Positions 10,324 to 19,190 of a stretch of DNA of 64,000 nt are shown here, in pieces (within the stretch, counting starts at the first letter, position 1; each line of letters starts with the position of its first letter). The DNA lies in NCBI GenBank assembly GCA_037445065.1, contig JBBILD010000002.1, positions 128,001-192,000 on the forward strand. Reading direction: 5' to 3'. Origin of the DNA: Myxococcales bacterium (GTDB taxonomy: Bacteria; Desulfobacterota; Binatia; HRBIN30). A program made the translations under genes and the position numbers. The notes beneath the pieces are model-generated. The model worked only from the letters and a program-made list of their open reading frames with translations, did not search any database and was not told the DNA's origin.

Positions 10324-11583
10324 CAAGACCTCGACCGGGCTTCCTGCTTCGAGACCCTCGGCGTGTGCGGGGATCCGGATGAGGCCGTCGGCATGGATCA
10401 GGTTGAACACCGAAGCCGATTTGCCGGGCACTGGCACCGCAACACAGGTCCCTTCCTGCTCGTGCAAGCGCACCCGGACGTAATCTTCCCGGCCCGGTTG
10501 CGAGGGAACCCCCTGAGCCAGAACCGCGCTGGTGCGGGCACGCCAGCGAAAGGCAAACTCGGGGCGCTCGCCGCCGAGAATCCGCAAGAAGGGCGCTCCG
10601 AAAATTTGGAAAATCACGAGCGCTGATTGGGGATGGCCGGGCAGGCCCAGAACCGGCTTGCCCGAACAGAGCGCAAAGAGCGTCGGCTTTCCGGGCGCTA
10701 CCGAGATTCCATGGAAGCGTACTTTTGAACGGGGGAAGGACATCAGAACGGCAAGCGCTACGTCTTTTGCGCCCACAGAGCTGCCTCCCGATAACAGCAC
10801 GGCGTCATGGTGAACGATGGCTTCCGCGAGCGCACCGCGAAGCGCCGGTGCAGAGTCTCGAACGATGCCGAGGTTTGTTACCTCGGCTCCTTCCTGCTCG
10901 ATCATCGCAAGCAAAGAGCATTCGTTTACGTTCCGCACTTGGCCGGGACGGGGCCGCACTTCCGGGGGAACGATCTCGTCCCCTGTGCAGAGGAGGGCGA
11001 CACGTGGCCGCCGGAAGACGCGCATCCGTGTGATGCCAACGCCGGTGAGGGCACCCAGATCGATGGGGCGCAGCCGGTAGCCGACTTCGAACAGCAACGT
11101 GCCGCGGCGAACATCTTCGCCGACGCGCTGTACGTTCTCCCACGGGGCCACGCTGCGCCGCACCTCTAAAAGTCCGTCTGGCGTCTCTTCTGTGTACTCA
11201 ACCATCACCACTGCATCGGCTTCGGGTGGCAGCATTCCCCCAGTGGCAATGCGGGCCGCACATGCAGGGGGGAGTGGGTCACGAGCCTCTTGCCCCATTT
11301 CAATCGTGCCCACCAGCCGAAGGTACGCTGGCTGGCTCTCCGAGGCCCCGAAGGTATCCGCGGAGCGAACCGCGTAGCCGTCCATGACCGCGCGATCGAA
11401 GTGAGGTAGGTCAATGGGGCTGGCTACCTTGCGAGCCAAGACCCGGCCAGCTGCCTGCGCTACAGCGACGCTCTCGGTGCCCACCGGGCGAATCTCTGCC
11501 AGCCGCGCGCGCGCTTCCTCGCTGCTAACGACCCGGAAGAAACCTTTGTGCGGCTGGGTCGGCGTTGTATGCGCTTTGAGCAT
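10312..11583 (-). CDS. moeA: Molybdopterin molybdotransferase MoeA (gephyrin-like), second paralogue
   Basis: DRAVMDGYAV, IATGGMLP, TGDEI, SGGSSVG, PGKPT, GLPGHP. Confidence 0.92.
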   Translation of the reverse strand: MLKAHTTPTQPHKGFFRVVSSEEARARLAEIRPVGTESVAVAQAAGRVLARKVASPIDLPHFDRAVMDGYAVRSADTFGASESQPAYLRLVGTIEMGQEARDPLPPACAARIATGGMLPPEADAVVMVEYTEETPDGLLEVRRSVAPWENVQRVGEDVRRGTLLFEVGYRLRPIDLGALTGVGITRMRVFRRPRVALLCTGDEIVPPEVRPRPGQVRNVNECSLLAMIEQEGAEVTNLGIVRDSAPALRGALAEAIVHHDAVLLSGGSSVGAKDVALAVLMSFPRSKVRFHGISVAPGKPTLFALCSGKPVLGLPGHPQSALVIFQIFGAPFLRILGGERPEFAFRWRARTSAVLAQGVPSQPGREDYVRVRLHEQEGTCVAVPVPGKSASVFNLIHADGLIRIPAHAEGLEAGSPVEVLLLR

Positions 11584-11589
11584 CTCCCG

Positions 11590-12474
11590 TTATCCGGTTC
11601 GGGGGTTGGTAGTTTGCTTGGCCGCCGCACTCCGTGCCCGCTGCGCCGAGACGGTGTTCGCGACGGGCAGCCGGATATGCGCCAGACAGGGAAGTTCGGC
11701 CCGAACTCGCATGACGTGCTCCAGGTCTACCTCTCCGATGACCACACATTCCTCGTCGCGAGCCTGCCCGACCACGACACCCCAGGGGTCCACGATCGCC
11801 GAGTGCCCGAAACTCGGAACGCCTCCTTCGCCCTTCCCGATCTGATTCGGGGCAATCACGTACACTTGGTTTTCCACAGCTCGGGCGCGGAGCAACACCT
11901 CCCAGTGCGCCGCCCCGGTGAAGAAAGTGAAGGCGCTCGGCAAAGCGATGATCTCTGCCCCCTGGAGGGTTAAGGCGCGGAACAATTCCGGGAAGCGCAA
12001 GTCGTAACAAATGGTCAGGCCAATGGTCCCCAACTCGGTTTCGACGATGACGATCTGGTCTCCGGCCTGGCGACGGGCCGACTCGAGGATCTCGACTCGA
12101 CCCGGGATAGCAACGTCGAATAAGTGGATTTTGCGGTACTTCGCCAGGATTTGACCGCGAGGGTCAATCAAGACGCTGGTATTGAACGGGCGCTGGCCCG
12201 CATTGTGTTCCAGGATCGAACCAGCAACGATGTACACGGCGAACTGCCGCGCAAGAGAACAGATGCGCTCTGTCGTAGGCCCGGGGATGGGCTCCGCCGC
12301 CGTCGCTTCAGCTTCCGGTTGACCGCGCCAGAAAAACAGCTCTGGCAGGGTAACCAGAGCCGCTCCCCTGCGGGCTGCCTGCTCGATGTAAGAACCCGCC
12401 CGGCGCAAGTTCTCCCCCTTGTCAGCAGAGGCGTTCATTTGCACCGCGGCAGCCAAGAAGCGACGCGCTGGCAT
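11590..12474 (-). CDS. Carbon-nitrogen hydrolase (Nit1/deaminated glutathione amidase-like)
   Basis: Triad motifs LPELF, YRKIHLFD, ICYDLRFPE; HWEVLLRARAVEN. Confidence 0.9.
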   Translation of the reverse strand: MPARRFLAAAVQMNASADKGENLRRAGSYIEQAARRGAALVTLPELFFWRGQPEAEATAAEPIPGPTTERICSLARQFAVYIVAGSILEHNAGQRPFNTSVLIDPRGQILAKYRKIHLFDVAIPGRVEILESARRQAGDQIVIVETELGTIGLTICYDLRFPELFRALTLQGAEIIALPSAFTFFTGAAHWEVLLRARAVENQVYVIAPNQIGKGEGGVPSFGHSAIVDPWGVVVGQARDEECVVIGEVDLEHVMRVRAELPCLAHIRLPVANTVSAQRARSAAAKQTTNPRTG

Positions 12475-12593
12475 CGAGCGCAAACCTACAGAGGAGCGAA
12501 CGCCTTAGCAATGCGTTCGCCGTGCCCGCGAAGTGCATTGCTTGCGTTCAGGCTCATGTGTTAGCTGCTAACCTCAGCTCAAGGCCGTTCATC

Positions 12594-13220
12594 ATGCCGC
12601 GCGTGATCAAGCGATACGGGAACCGCAAACTCTACGACACCGAGACCAGCCGGTATGTCACGCTGGATGGCGTGGCAGACCTAGTGCGGGCTGGTGAGGA
12701 TGTACGTGTGGTGGACAACGACACGGGCGAGGATTTGACCGCTGTGACCTTCGCCCAGATCATCTTCGAGCAGCAAAAAAAGCCGCGCCCGTTGCTCCAA
12801 CTACCGGTACTGCGTTGGTTGATCCAACAGGGTGGCGAAGCGCTGCACGAACTGCGTTCGAGCGTCGAGAAGGGGCGGGAGGCGATCGAAGAGTTGGCGC
12901 AGCGGGGCGTGCGCCAATTGACGGGTGTCGGAGGCCGGAAAGGCAACCGGGGCGGGGAAGCTTGGTTTGAATCGCCGCAGCGGCAGCTCGAGGAATTACA
13001 GCATCGAATTGACCAGCGAGTACGGCAGTCCTTGGAACGATTTGCCGCTCAGCCCGCGGTGCAAAAAGAGCTGCGGCGCGTGGAGCGAGGGCTCCGCGCT
13101 TTGGAAAAGCAGTTACACGCGCTGCTTTTGCGGCAGCAAGGGAATCAGAGGAAGAAGGTGCGAGCCGCGGCGAAGCGGAAAAAAGCGCGGGTTGCGAAGA
13201 GCCAAGCTGCGAGGGCGTAG
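12594..13220 (+). CDS. PHA synthesis regulator-like protein (PhaR-type DNA-binding domain, coiled coil, basic tail)
   Basis: IKRYGNRKLYDTETSRYVTL...VVDNDTGEDLT matches the PhaR N-terminal domain. Confidence 0.85.
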   Translation: MPRVIKRYGNRKLYDTETSRYVTLDGVADLVRAGEDVRVVDNDTGEDLTAVTFAQIIFEQQKKPRPLLQLPVLRWLIQQGGEALHELRSSVEKGREAIEELAQRGVRQLTGVGGRKGNRGGEAWFESPQRQLEELQHRIDQRVRQSLERFAAQPAVQKELRRVERGLRALEKQLHALLLRQQGNQRKKVRAAAKRKKARVAKSQAARA

Positions 13221-13239
13221 GGCGACGTCAGGAGGCAGC

Positions 13240-13515
13240 ATGCGGCTACGACCGGAGCAAATGGACGCTCTCGCGCGGGAGATTGTGGAGTCGTTGGTTC
13301 AGAAAGGGTTCGTGCGCCCCGCGGCTGAGGAAAAGGTTCTACAAAATATGGTCGCTCGGGTCCTGATGCAAAATCTCGAAGAAGAAGCGGCGCTGGAAGC
13401 AGAGGCAGAGCAGATGGCCGAGAAGTACTTGCGCGGCAACCCGGAACTCGACCGGCGCAAACTCGTGCAAGGGATCAAGGCACGCCTTGCGGAGGAACGC
13501 GGCTTCGTTCTGTAG
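13240..13515 (+). CDS. DUF507-like protein
   Basis: MRLRPEQMDALAREIV...KARLAEERGFVL; GGAGG before ATG 13240. Confidence 0.7.
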   Translation: MRLRPEQMDALAREIVESLVQKGFVRPAAEEKVLQNMVARVLMQNLEEEAALEAEAEQMAEKYLRGNPELDRRKLVQGIKARLAEERGFVL

Positions 13516-13525
13516 GTACTTGGAG

Positions 13526-13798
13526 ATGCAGTTCTCGGAGGGACGCAGGTCGTACTTGGCTCACCGGATCCTGGATGTTCTCAAGCGGGAAGGCTTGGTG
13601 GTGGTGGAAAACGAGCGGCAAGCGCTGGCAGAGATCAAGCGGGTATTCGAACGGGAAGAGCAGCTCGACGCGCAAGTGGACGCCTTGGTCCGAAAGAAAA
13701 TCAGCTCCCTGTCGCGTCCCGTGCCGGTAGGAAGCCGCGAGTGGCAGGTACTTTACCGGCAGTATTACGAACAGGAAATGCGCCGACGCCGGCGCTGA
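13526..13798 (+). CDS. DUF507-like protein (second type)
   Basis: MQFSEGRRSYLAHRI...VRKKISSLSRPVPVGSREWQVLYRQYYEQEM; GGAG before ATG. Confidence 0.7.
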   Translation: MQFSEGRRSYLAHRILDVLKREGLVVVENERQALAEIKRVFEREEQLDAQVDALVRKKISSLSRPVPVGSREWQVLYRQYYEQEMRRRRR

Positions 13799-13811
13799 CT
13801 TGGGGAATTCG

Positions 13812-13906
13812 GGACCACAGGGGCCGACCGCACCAGTGAGAGCCTGCTGCGGTCGGAAAACGGCTTTCGCCGATGCCCACTCGGGGAGGTTAGGGCTGCA
13901 TGGTCC
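13812..13906. other. Multi-stem intergenic structure, candidate structured RNA
   Basis: Complementary pairs ggacca/tggtcc, ccgaccgca/tgcggtcgg, cggc/gccg and gccc/gggc. Confidence 0.35.
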
Positions 13907-14010
13907 TGGCGGTATCCGGAACGGGGCGCTCGCGCTTGACTTCCGCTTCAAATTCTGGCAGCCGGCCCCCAACCGCCTTCGTGATAGGCGGACGAGGAAG
14001 GGGAGGGTCT

Positions 14011-15018
14011 ACGAAGAAGCCGAGATGGACAACTGTTGTGTGGATTCTGGCGGGAGCAGTCGTGCTCTGTGCCGGGCGAGTATCGGCGCAGCCGTGTATG
14101 ATTTTTGTGCACGGCAAGCAGACGAATACCGACACGTACACAAACTGGTCCGTTGCGCGGAATTACTGGAAGACGAGCAGCACCGATTTCGTGAAGACGG
14201 CGACTAAGAACTTCGCCGCAAGTTATTACGTGGTCGGTTACAAGGGAAACGACCCGTACTGGGGAGCCGGGGCCGCCGACGAAGTCGCCAACGAAATTAT
14301 CAATGCCACCAACGGTGGTGCTGACGGTGGAGGGAACCGCTGCGCACGCACGTACGCGAACGGGGGGACATTTTGGGTCATCGCGCACAGCATGGGCGGC
14401 ACGATTATGGACTTCATTCTGGGCAACAGCCGTTCCACCGATCCGAACTACAAGTCCATTTACGGCACGGTCGGACAGCGAATCAGCCGGGTGATCGCAG
14501 TCAGTGGTGCTCACCGGGGTTCTCAGGGAGCGGACGCGGTGTGCGGCAACAGCTCTTTGTTGTGCAATTTCATCGCACGGTTCATTCAGAGCTGCGACAC
14601 CGCCACGTACTGGCTCCGCAGCGCAGACGATGTGCAGGTGCGTACGTATTCGAACGCCCCGTCGAAGAACGTGTACCTCGTCGGCGGCTACCAGGCGATC
14701 TTTGGTGCCAGCGCCTGCTTGAGTGGGGAAGATGACGGCATCGTTCAGTACGCCTCCATTTATGCCTGCAACGGAAGCGCAACGGCAGGCTACGATAACA
14801 GCAACGTTTGCGGCAACAGCTATAAGCAGGAGGCCTCAGGGTTCCGGAACTTGGACGCGGGGTATGAGAACCACGACAACATCCGTAACGACTCCCGTTA
14901 CAGCACGCGCAAGCAGATTCCGGACGGTGTGTGGTACTGTGGCAGCTCTCCCTGCGCGCCGAACACCAGCGTGCAGAGTTCTATGTCGACCGCGAAATTT
15001 ATCACCTTGCTTTACTAA
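14011..15018 (+). CDS. Secreted Cys-rich alpha/beta-hydrolase (lipase-like); start uncertain (ACG 14011 or GTG 13981)
   Basis: Signal peptide KKPRW-hydrophobic-VSA/QP; IFVHG, AHSMGG nucleophile, GAHRGS, DDGIV, NHD. Confidence 0.8.
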   Translation, partial: TKKPRWTTVVWILAGAVVLCAGRVSAQPCMIFVHGKQTNTDTYTNWSVARNYWKTSSTDFVKTATKNFAASYYVVGYKGNDPYWGAGAADEVANEIINATNGGADGGGNRCARTYANGGTFWVIAHSMGGTIMDFILGNSRSTDPNYKSIYGTVGQRISRVIAVSGAHRGSQGADAVCGNSSLLCNFIARFIQSCDTATYWLRSADDVQVRTYSNAPSKNVYLVGGYQAIFGASACLSGEDDGIVQYASIYACNGSATAGYDNSNVCGNSYKQEASGFRNLDAGYENHDNIRNDSRYSTRKQIPDGVWYCGSSPCAPNTSVQSSMSTAKFITLLY

Positions 15019-15051
15019 GGTCGCTTTGTTCCAGACGTGGAATCCATGTAC

Positions 15052-15090
15052 GCGGAGGGCGTGGCTTTTTGCTGCGCCCTCCGCTGTTTT
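15052..15090 (+). terminator. Intrinsic terminator-like hairpin after the hydrolase gene
   Basis: Stem gcggagggcgtggc/gctgcgccctccgc (with G-U pairs) followed by tgtttt. Confidence 0.6.
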
Positions 15091-15147
15091 CCGGGGTAGA
15101 AGTAACCGCCGTTCGCCGAGGTCTCTGACAGCGAGAAACCCTAGGCA

Positions 15148-16380
15148 ATGAGAGAGCGACGGTCTGGAGGGTGGAAACGGGGGGCCTTGCTGCTTGTCAC
15201 GCTGGGAGTCGGGACCGGTGTGCTGCTTTGGTTTCGGGGAAGAACGCCTGAGGTGGGGAGGTTGGCGCACTCTGCCGAACGTACGGAGCGGCCGACCCAG
15301 AGGGTGCAGGCGCAATCCAGCAGCGTTCCGCCATCGTTAGGCGAAGGCATCGGTGCGAGCCGAGAGCAGCCTTCTCCGACGGCGCAGGTGCAGCAGGAAT
15401 CCGATGAGGAGGAAATCTTCGACCCGCGCGCCGCGATTGCGTTGACCCAAGAGCTGATCGAGGACTACAGACGGCGGAGCGAGTTTCCCCCCGAATCGCG
15501 CCCCATCGAGAGTGGCCAGGACCCGATTTTGGCGGAGCGAGAGGTGTCCCCCATCGAGGCAGGAGGGCCCGAGGGCGAGGATCCGGTGCTGACGGTTTTC
15601 TCCGGGCAGCTCGTGTTCGAAGAGCCGGACAGCGTTCTGGTGTATGCTTATCTCACGGCCCAAGGAGAGAAGGTTCCAACTCAGTCCATTACGGGAATCC
15701 TGATGAGTGAAGCACTCCAAGAAGTCGGAACATTCGACTTTCGTGACGATGGGCAGGACGGAGACGCACAAGCTGGCGATGCGGTTTATACAGCGCGGAT
15801 CGAGCCGCCCGCCGGGGAGGAGGTTGCGGTATCGTACCTGGTCCGAGTGGTGGCGGTTTCCCTCGATGGACTGGAGCGGCGAGCGGGTACGAGTTTCCAG
15901 TATAGCCGGCCCGGGGCGCGGCTCACTGGAAATTTCCGTGACCATGTCGAAAACGGTAGCGTCGTGATCGAAGTGGAATTGGATGTGCAAAGGGGTGGAG
16001 CGTTCCATTTGTCGGGGACGTTGTACGATTCGGGAGGGCGTCCCGTGGGAGTGGCGCAGAACCGCAAGGAGCTGGAAGCAGGACAGCATTGGATCCCTTT
16101 GCTGTACTACGGTCGAATGTTTCATCCCGACGAACGGACCGGTCGCCCGGCGGCTACCGGGCCATTCCAACTGCGCTTCGTTTCGCTGCTGAACGCCACC
16201 AACATGCCGAACGCGCTCAGTCGCTTGTGGGAGCCCAATTATTGGACGCGCGCATATTCGGGCGCGGAGTTCACCGCGGAGCCGTTCAACGATCCCTTTT
16301 ACCTAGAAGCCATTGCCCGCGAGGAGAAGGAACTCGAGCGCTTACAAGCGTTGGCCGCCCAGGGTGACAAGGAGCCATGA
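15148..16380 (+). CDS. Membrane-anchored exported protein with choice-of-anchor X-like motif
   Basis: N-terminal TM helix; FRDDGQDGDAQAGDAVYTARI motif; beta-rich C-terminal part. Confidence 0.65.
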   Translation: MRERRSGGWKRGALLLVTLGVGTGVLLWFRGRTPEVGRLAHSAERTERPTQRVQAQSSSVPPSLGEGIGASREQPSPTAQVQQESDEEEIFDPRAAIALTQELIEDYRRRSEFPPESRPIESGQDPILAEREVSPIEAGGPEGEDPVLTVFSGQLVFEEPDSVLVYAYLTAQGEKVPTQSITGILMSEALQEVGTFDFRDDGQDGDAQAGDAVYTARIEPPAGEEVAVSYLVRVVAVSLDGLERRAGTSFQYSRPGARLTGNFRDHVENGSVVIEVELDVQRGGAFHLSGTLYDSGGRPVGVAQNRKELEAGQHWIPLLYYGRMFHPDERTGRPAATGPFQLRFVSLLNATNMPNALSRLWEPNYWTRAYSGAEFTAEPFNDPFYLEAIAREEKELERLQALAAQGDKEP

Positions 16381-16709
16381 GCAGCCGCGGCGACTCGCGT
16401 GATCAGCGGGGCCATCGGGAAGCCGCACCTTCGCGTAGGGCGTGGCTTCTCCTACCACAACCGGTTGGAACCCTGGGCTACCTTTTGCTCATGCGCATGG
16501 AGGTTTTCGCGCCGCGAGTCGAGATCGTACTCGCCTTGGCGGTCTTTCCGCTTGTCTGTCTCGCCTCCCTCTGGCGGGCCCGTGCCGCGGTAAGCCGAGC
16601 GAGGATCGGTTGCCTGGCGGCACTTGCGCTCGGAGAGATCGTTGCCGCCTTGATGGCTGCGCAGTTGGTGCGGATTGCGGCGGCGTGGAGGCTGGCAGGG
16701 GCGCAGTGA
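16377..16709 (+). CDS. Small integral membrane hypothetical protein
   Basis: ATGA overlap with upstream gene, AAGGAG SD, about 3 hydrophobic segments. Confidence 0.55.
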   Translation: MSSRGDSRDQRGHREAAPSRRAWLLLPQPVGTLGYLLLMRMEVFAPRVEIVLALAVFPLVCLASLWRARAAVSRARIGCLAALALGEIVAALMAAQLVRIAAAWRLAGAQ

Positions 16710-17152
16710 TGGTGCCGAAGAACTTTCTTTTGCGGCGCGGCGAGTTGGAGCCGGCACGACCTGCCAAAGCCGGGGGGTGGCACCGCCGCCTTCTGCTTAT
16801 GTGTTCGGTGTGCTCGCTCGCCCTGGCGCCGCCGGCTTGGTGGCTTCGATGCACTGTGGCGGATGCCGTGCGTTCTGGTCTCGTGGGCGTGGCCCAGGCA
16901 GAGAGCACGGCGGAACCGCGAGTCGGGGAGCAGCCGGCAGAAATTGAGCCTGTCAGGCCGGGCGGGGGCGAGGGGCCAGCGCGACCGCTTCCGAGAGAAA
17001 TGACCATCTGCCAGGGGGCGTCTGGATGTTGGTCGGAACTCGATCCTGCAAGCTGTAGAGCGCAGGGAGGGAGAGTGTTCCGCACCCTGCCAGTGGATGA
17101 GTCGCCTTCGCTCCCCGAGGCGTTGCGCGAGTGTGTTGATGCGTCGCGTTGA
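16709..17152 (+). CDS. Hypothetical protein with hydrophobic segment and 4-Cys C-terminal region
   Basis: TGATG overlap with upstream gene; ICQGASGCWSELDPASC..GG...EC. Confidence 0.5.
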   Translation: MVPKNFLLRRGELEPARPAKAGGWHRRLLLMCSVCSLALAPPAWWLRCTVADAVRSGLVGVAQAESTAEPRVGEQPAEIEPVRPGGGEGPARPLPREMTICQGASGCWSELDPASCRAQGGRVFRTLPVDESPSLPEALRECVDASR

Positions 17153-17208
17153 AGGGGCGCGGTATGGTTGTGGCCGTCGTCCCACTCCGCTGGCCAAGGC
17201 GGCGGTGC

Positions 17209-18981
17209 TCACCCCAGTAACGTGCCCGGCGGCTGCGCCGGTAACTTCACGGTAAATGTGGAGCCTCTTCCAACCTCACTTTCCACGTGAATCTCGGCAC
17301 CCAGCAACTCTGCGAAGCGGTGTACTAAGTAGAGGCCCAAGCCGGCGCCGGGTGGGTCTTCATTGCCCCGTTCGCGGAGCTGGTGGAAGGGCCGAAAAAT
17401 ATTCTCGAGTTCCGCGTTCGGAATGCCCCGGCCGCTGTCTGACACAGAGATTTCCACGCCAGGGTAACTACGCCGGGCTCGGACCCGAACGTAGCCTTGG
17501 TCGGTATATTTTACTGCGTTCGACAAGAGATTGCGCACGATGACCTTCACCTTTGTTGCGTCGGTGTAAAGAGCCGGTAAGTCTGGCTCGATGTCCCACT
17601 CGATACGGACGCCCGATTTCTGGAGTTCGGCCGTGCCTTGTCGAATTTCCTCTAGCACAGCGCCGGGTTGCACCACTTCCAACTTGACCAGGGCTTGGCC
17701 ACTTTCGATCCGGCTTACATCCAAGGCGGAATTCACCAGCTCCAAGAGTTCTCTGGCCCGCAGGTTCATCCTTTCAAGGATTGCCCTTTGCTCCGGAACC
17801 AGCGGCCCGAAGGTTCCTTCCGCGAGCAAACCGGCGTATCCCATGATTGCGTTCAGGGGGTTGCGCAGTTCGTGTGACATGGTTGCCACAAAATCCGCGC
17901 GTAACCGATCCACCTCGCGGAGTTTCTCGATCGTGTTGCGCCGTTCTTCTTCGTCGCGGTGTCGTTCGGTAACGTCTTGGCACATGGACAGCACCCCGAA
18001 GAACGAGCCGTCGGCGTCGCGTAGCGCTACAATGCTCCACTCGCAGATAATTCGGCGTCCGTCTTTTGTCAGGTTTTCCGATCTCACTGGACCGATGTTG
18101 CCTACCCGCGCGGTGAGTTCGATCCCGCGACGAGAGAGGTCTCGAAGGTGTGGGGGCGTGATGACTTCGAACACAGTCTTGCCAAGCACTTCTTCGGCAC
18201 CGTAGCCAAAAATGCTCTCGGCGGCGCGGTTCCAGTAAATGTACCGGTTCTCCCGGTCGCTTACGACGCAAGCTGCGGGCATGTGATCCAAAAGCAACTG
18301 CAGTCGCCCCAGAGTTACGTCACGAATGAGCGCGTGGCGCACGAGTTCTAATCTTTGCCAGGCAACGGCACGGATGCCGAGGATGGAGAAACCCCCGGCG
18401 ATGAACGGCAGTGCATACAGATGCAGGCGGTGGGTTTCCAAAGCGTAGCGGACCGAGTAAGGGAGGCAGATCCCATAAAAAAGCAGAGCACCGCACACGG
18501 AGACCCACTGGTATCGTGGTCGCCACGGCACAAAGGCCGCAACGGCTAACAGCTTGACAGCCACGAATCCGGCGATTCCTGACGGGTGTGTGTCGGGTCC
18601 CAGCAGTTGGGCGCAGAGGGCACCGGTATAGACGAGGTCGGCAGCCAAGAAGGCGGTTTCAACGTGCGCCTGCAGCCGCGTTTTCAGCACGCCGAGGAGA
18701 AACAACGGCACGGTACATTGAACCACGTACAGAGGCCACACCGATAGGGCCTGGCCGGGGCGAACCCAGAGTTGTGCCAGCGCATACGCAGCGGTAATCG
18801 TGGCCGCGCTCCACGCAATCGGCGGGATCGCGGCAGCCATGGCCTCGCGCTGGATTTTGCGAGCGAGAGACTCCCAGCCACGGGTGGGCTCCGCAAGGGG
18901 GGCTAAAGGCGAATCGATGAGGTAACCAAAAATCGCGCGCTCTCGCTGCAACAGGGTGTCGAGCCAACGTGTTGCGATCAA
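17209..18981 (-). CDS. Membrane PAS-domain sensor histidine kinase (orphan)
   Basis: Several TM helices, PAS (YWNRAAESIFGY...KDGRRI), H-box SHELRNPL, NLLSNAVKY, DSGRGI, GAGLGL. Confidence 0.92.
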   Translation of the reverse strand: MIATRWLDTLLQRERAIFGYLIDSPLAPLAEPTRGWESLARKIQREAMAAAIPPIAWSAATITAAYALAQLWVRPGQALSVWPLYVVQCTVPLFLLGVLKTRLQAHVETAFLAADLVYTGALCAQLLGPDTHPSGIAGFVAVKLLAVAAFVPWRPRYQWVSVCGALLFYGICLPYSVRYALETHRLHLYALPFIAGGFSILGIRAVAWQRLELVRHALIRDVTLGRLQLLLDHMPAACVVSDRENRYIYWNRAAESIFGYGAEEVLGKTVFEVITPPHLRDLSRRGIELTARVGNIGPVRSENLTKDGRRIICEWSIVALRDADGSFFGVLSMCQDVTERHRDEEERRNTIEKLREVDRLRADFVATMSHELRNPLNAIMGYAGLLAEGTFGPLVPEQRAILERMNLRARELLELVNSALDVSRIESGQALVKLEVVQPGAVLEEIRQGTAELQKSGVRIEWDIEPDLPALYTDATKVKVIVRNLLSNAVKYTDQGYVRVRARRSYPGVEISVSDSGRGIPNAELENIFRPFHQLRERGNEDPPGAGLGLYLVHRFAELLGAEIHVESEVGRGSTFTVKLPAQPPGTLLG

Positions 18982-19190
18982 GTCTGTGGTCCCCCGAGAG
19001 CCGGTGGCAGTTGCCGACCCGCCGCTCTCACCATCTTGACTACACTACGGCGAATCTCGCACACAAGTGCATCTGCGCCCGCTGGTTGCTCCGGATCCGT
19101 CGCCGCTGGCGACGGTTTACGACCTTAGCTTGCCCTGTGAGGCGATTTTGCTTTCCCGACGAGTGCCAAATCGTTACAGGCCTCACCGGG

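Noticed and set aside
13855..13910. HDV-like ribozyme or c-di-GMP-I riboswitch on the minus strand (ACCUCCCCGAGUGGGCAUCGGCGAAAGCCG)
   Set aside because: Only superficial similarity: no P1 3' strand between the P3-like loop and GGG for HDV, and no second stem with GCAAA context for c-di-GMP-I.
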